Assembly: GCA_040954595.2 (NCBI GenBank)
Contig: CM082593.2
Coordinates: 1,126,901-1,190,900 of the forward strand
Direction of reading: 5' to 3'
From: Balanoglossus misakiensis
Taxonomy: Eukaryota > Animalia > Hemichordata
DNA length: 64,000 bases
The notes under the pieces are model-generated. The model did not search any database. It had not been told where the DNA came from and saw only the letters and a program-made list of their open reading frames with translations. Below, in pieces: positions 62,370 to 64,000 of this stretch (position 1 is its first letter; every line of letters begins with the position of its first letter). The translations under genes and the position numbers were made by a program.

Positions 62370-63885
62370 TGCTGCAAGCACCATACAACAGACGACATAC
62401 ACACTAGTTTTGACCCTTCAACTTTGACCTCTGTACTTGGGTGACGTGTCCTTTGCCGAGACTTGTGTTTCCCATGATGCTTTGCTTTGCTCTGCTGCGA
62501 GTTTAGTCTTCGGAGGTGTTAGGGAGATAGTCATAGTTGGAACACCTCATTTCTGTTGCATGTCTGTTTCTTTTGTGTATGTGCCATCACGTTCGTTTGA
62601 TGGTTATCATACACAATGCCAATTGCTTGACAAAATCCAGCAACTTAAAAATTGCCTACATACTCAACGTTGTCAAGGGCGGGATAATTGGATAACTCGG
62701 TGGTCAAACATTAATGAACTTCGGAAAATATATATACGATGTGGTCACTAGAGAATTGATCGTCTAGGGTGATGACTAACTTTGCATAGTACAAAAAGGG
62801 TTATTGAACTGATGAACTGTACTTTCTTAAAAAAAAGAGAGAGAGCCACTATGTTTCGTTCAAACACTTGAAGAAGCGAAATAAAATAATTTGCCACAAG
62901 GCAGTGACAATGGAGAAAGCCATAACTCGCTGGGTTCCTTGCTAGTTAACTATTATATTGTTATTTAGCAATCCTCTCTTATTCTGCAAATTCGTGAATT
63001 ATGTCTATAGCTGTAGGTAGCCAACATCACAACAATGTATGGAGGGACTATGTGTATGTTTGTGTGTATGTATATATACATGTACCTGTATGTTGAACCA
63101 ACAAATATTTTCATCAAGAAATATTTTCTAGTAATGTTCCAGTGGGTATTCACAAATGTATTAAAATTCATAGTTTTACAAATATGCAGTCCCTCGCGTC
63201 TGGAATTGGTCATGCTGATATTGAGGTTAATCGCTTTTATAGAGATAATATCCACTCGGTCATCAAAATCATCAATCTATGTCACACCTGCTCAAATCAT
63301 CATCATGTCAATTTGCTTCCTAACAGAACGTTTACAGGTTAAAACACTATAGGTGAACACTACGACTATACTCTAATACCATAAAGAAGAGGTGTACCAT
63401 ACTTTGACCAGGTGTGTGCGTAACGAATATCTTAGACAGAAACGCAAACTAGAGCCATCATCTCAAAATAAAATCTACCCTAGGGATAGGCACCAGATGT
63501 TATCCCTTTCCAAAATCACTTATGATTATAAATGATGTCGACTAGTAATTTAAATTAGAAGACAACTAATGACTTCATCTGTTCTTTTTGAGGATCTCAT
63601 ATGGAGGTCTGATGAAACACCTGTATAAATATTTAACTAGATGCTATTACCTGTCAAGTTCTCTAAAATACAGAGCATTTCGTACTTTAATGGTTAATTA
63701 CTGAGTCATACATCTCTAGCGATCGGTATATATATATATTAAGAACGACGAACAAACTGGCCCATCAGATAATTTCACCTAAAGGCAGACAAATACTTAA
63801 ATGTAACATAAGTAGTGGCAAAGAGATACACACCCTTTGCCTGTAGTGTTTTGTAAAGTGTACAATTACAGTCACAGTTTGAGCA

Positions 63886-63969
63886 GTGAAGTGAAGTGAA
63901 GTGAAGTGTAGTGTAGTGTGAAGTTGTGTGGTGTGGTGTGGTGTGATGCGATGTAGTGTGGTGCGGTGT
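63886..63969. repeat. Degenerate pentanucleotide repeat (GTGAA/GTGTA/GTGTG)n
   Basis: gtgaagtgaagtgaagtgaagtgtagtgtagt...gtgtggtgtggtgtg. Confidence 0.85.
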
Positions 63970-64000
63970 TACATGTACAATGAGATATTGATAGTATACC

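Noticed and set aside
62400-63400. Possible additional gene upstream of UBXN8 (ORFs 62437-62751, 62965-63352)
   Set aside because: No recognisable domain or consistent splice structure was found.

Overview
Eukaryotic (metazoan) genomic DNA with GT-AG introns. An invertebrate deuterostome such as a hemichordate is my guess from gene content, not verified. Four spliced genes can be rebuilt with consistent intron phases: (1) CAMLG/GET2 (+, 819-2526); (2) a secreted laccase-type multicopper oxidase of about 1095 aa (+, 4052-9783) whose C-terminal F-type-lectin-like domain is split, at the position of the fucose-binding loop, by two hevein-like (chitin-binding type 1) exons and followed by a CUB domain; (3) a caspase-3/7-like gene (-, 53459-56895); (4) UBXN8/Rep8 (-, 59399-62369). 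Between the convergent laccase and caspase genes lies a complete satellite array of about 42.5 kb (roughly 485 monomers of 87-88 bp). It has two homogenised subfamily blocks, higher-order repeats, diverged edges and a terminal (TACA)n/(CA)n microsatellite. A TTAA-flanked MITE of about 90 bp occurs four times. The many ORFs in the satellite are artefacts, and there is no CRISPR array. The most promising novelties are the laccase architecture, a triplicated double-E-box in its promoter, and the possibility that the satellite expanded inside a Helentron/pearl-like element.
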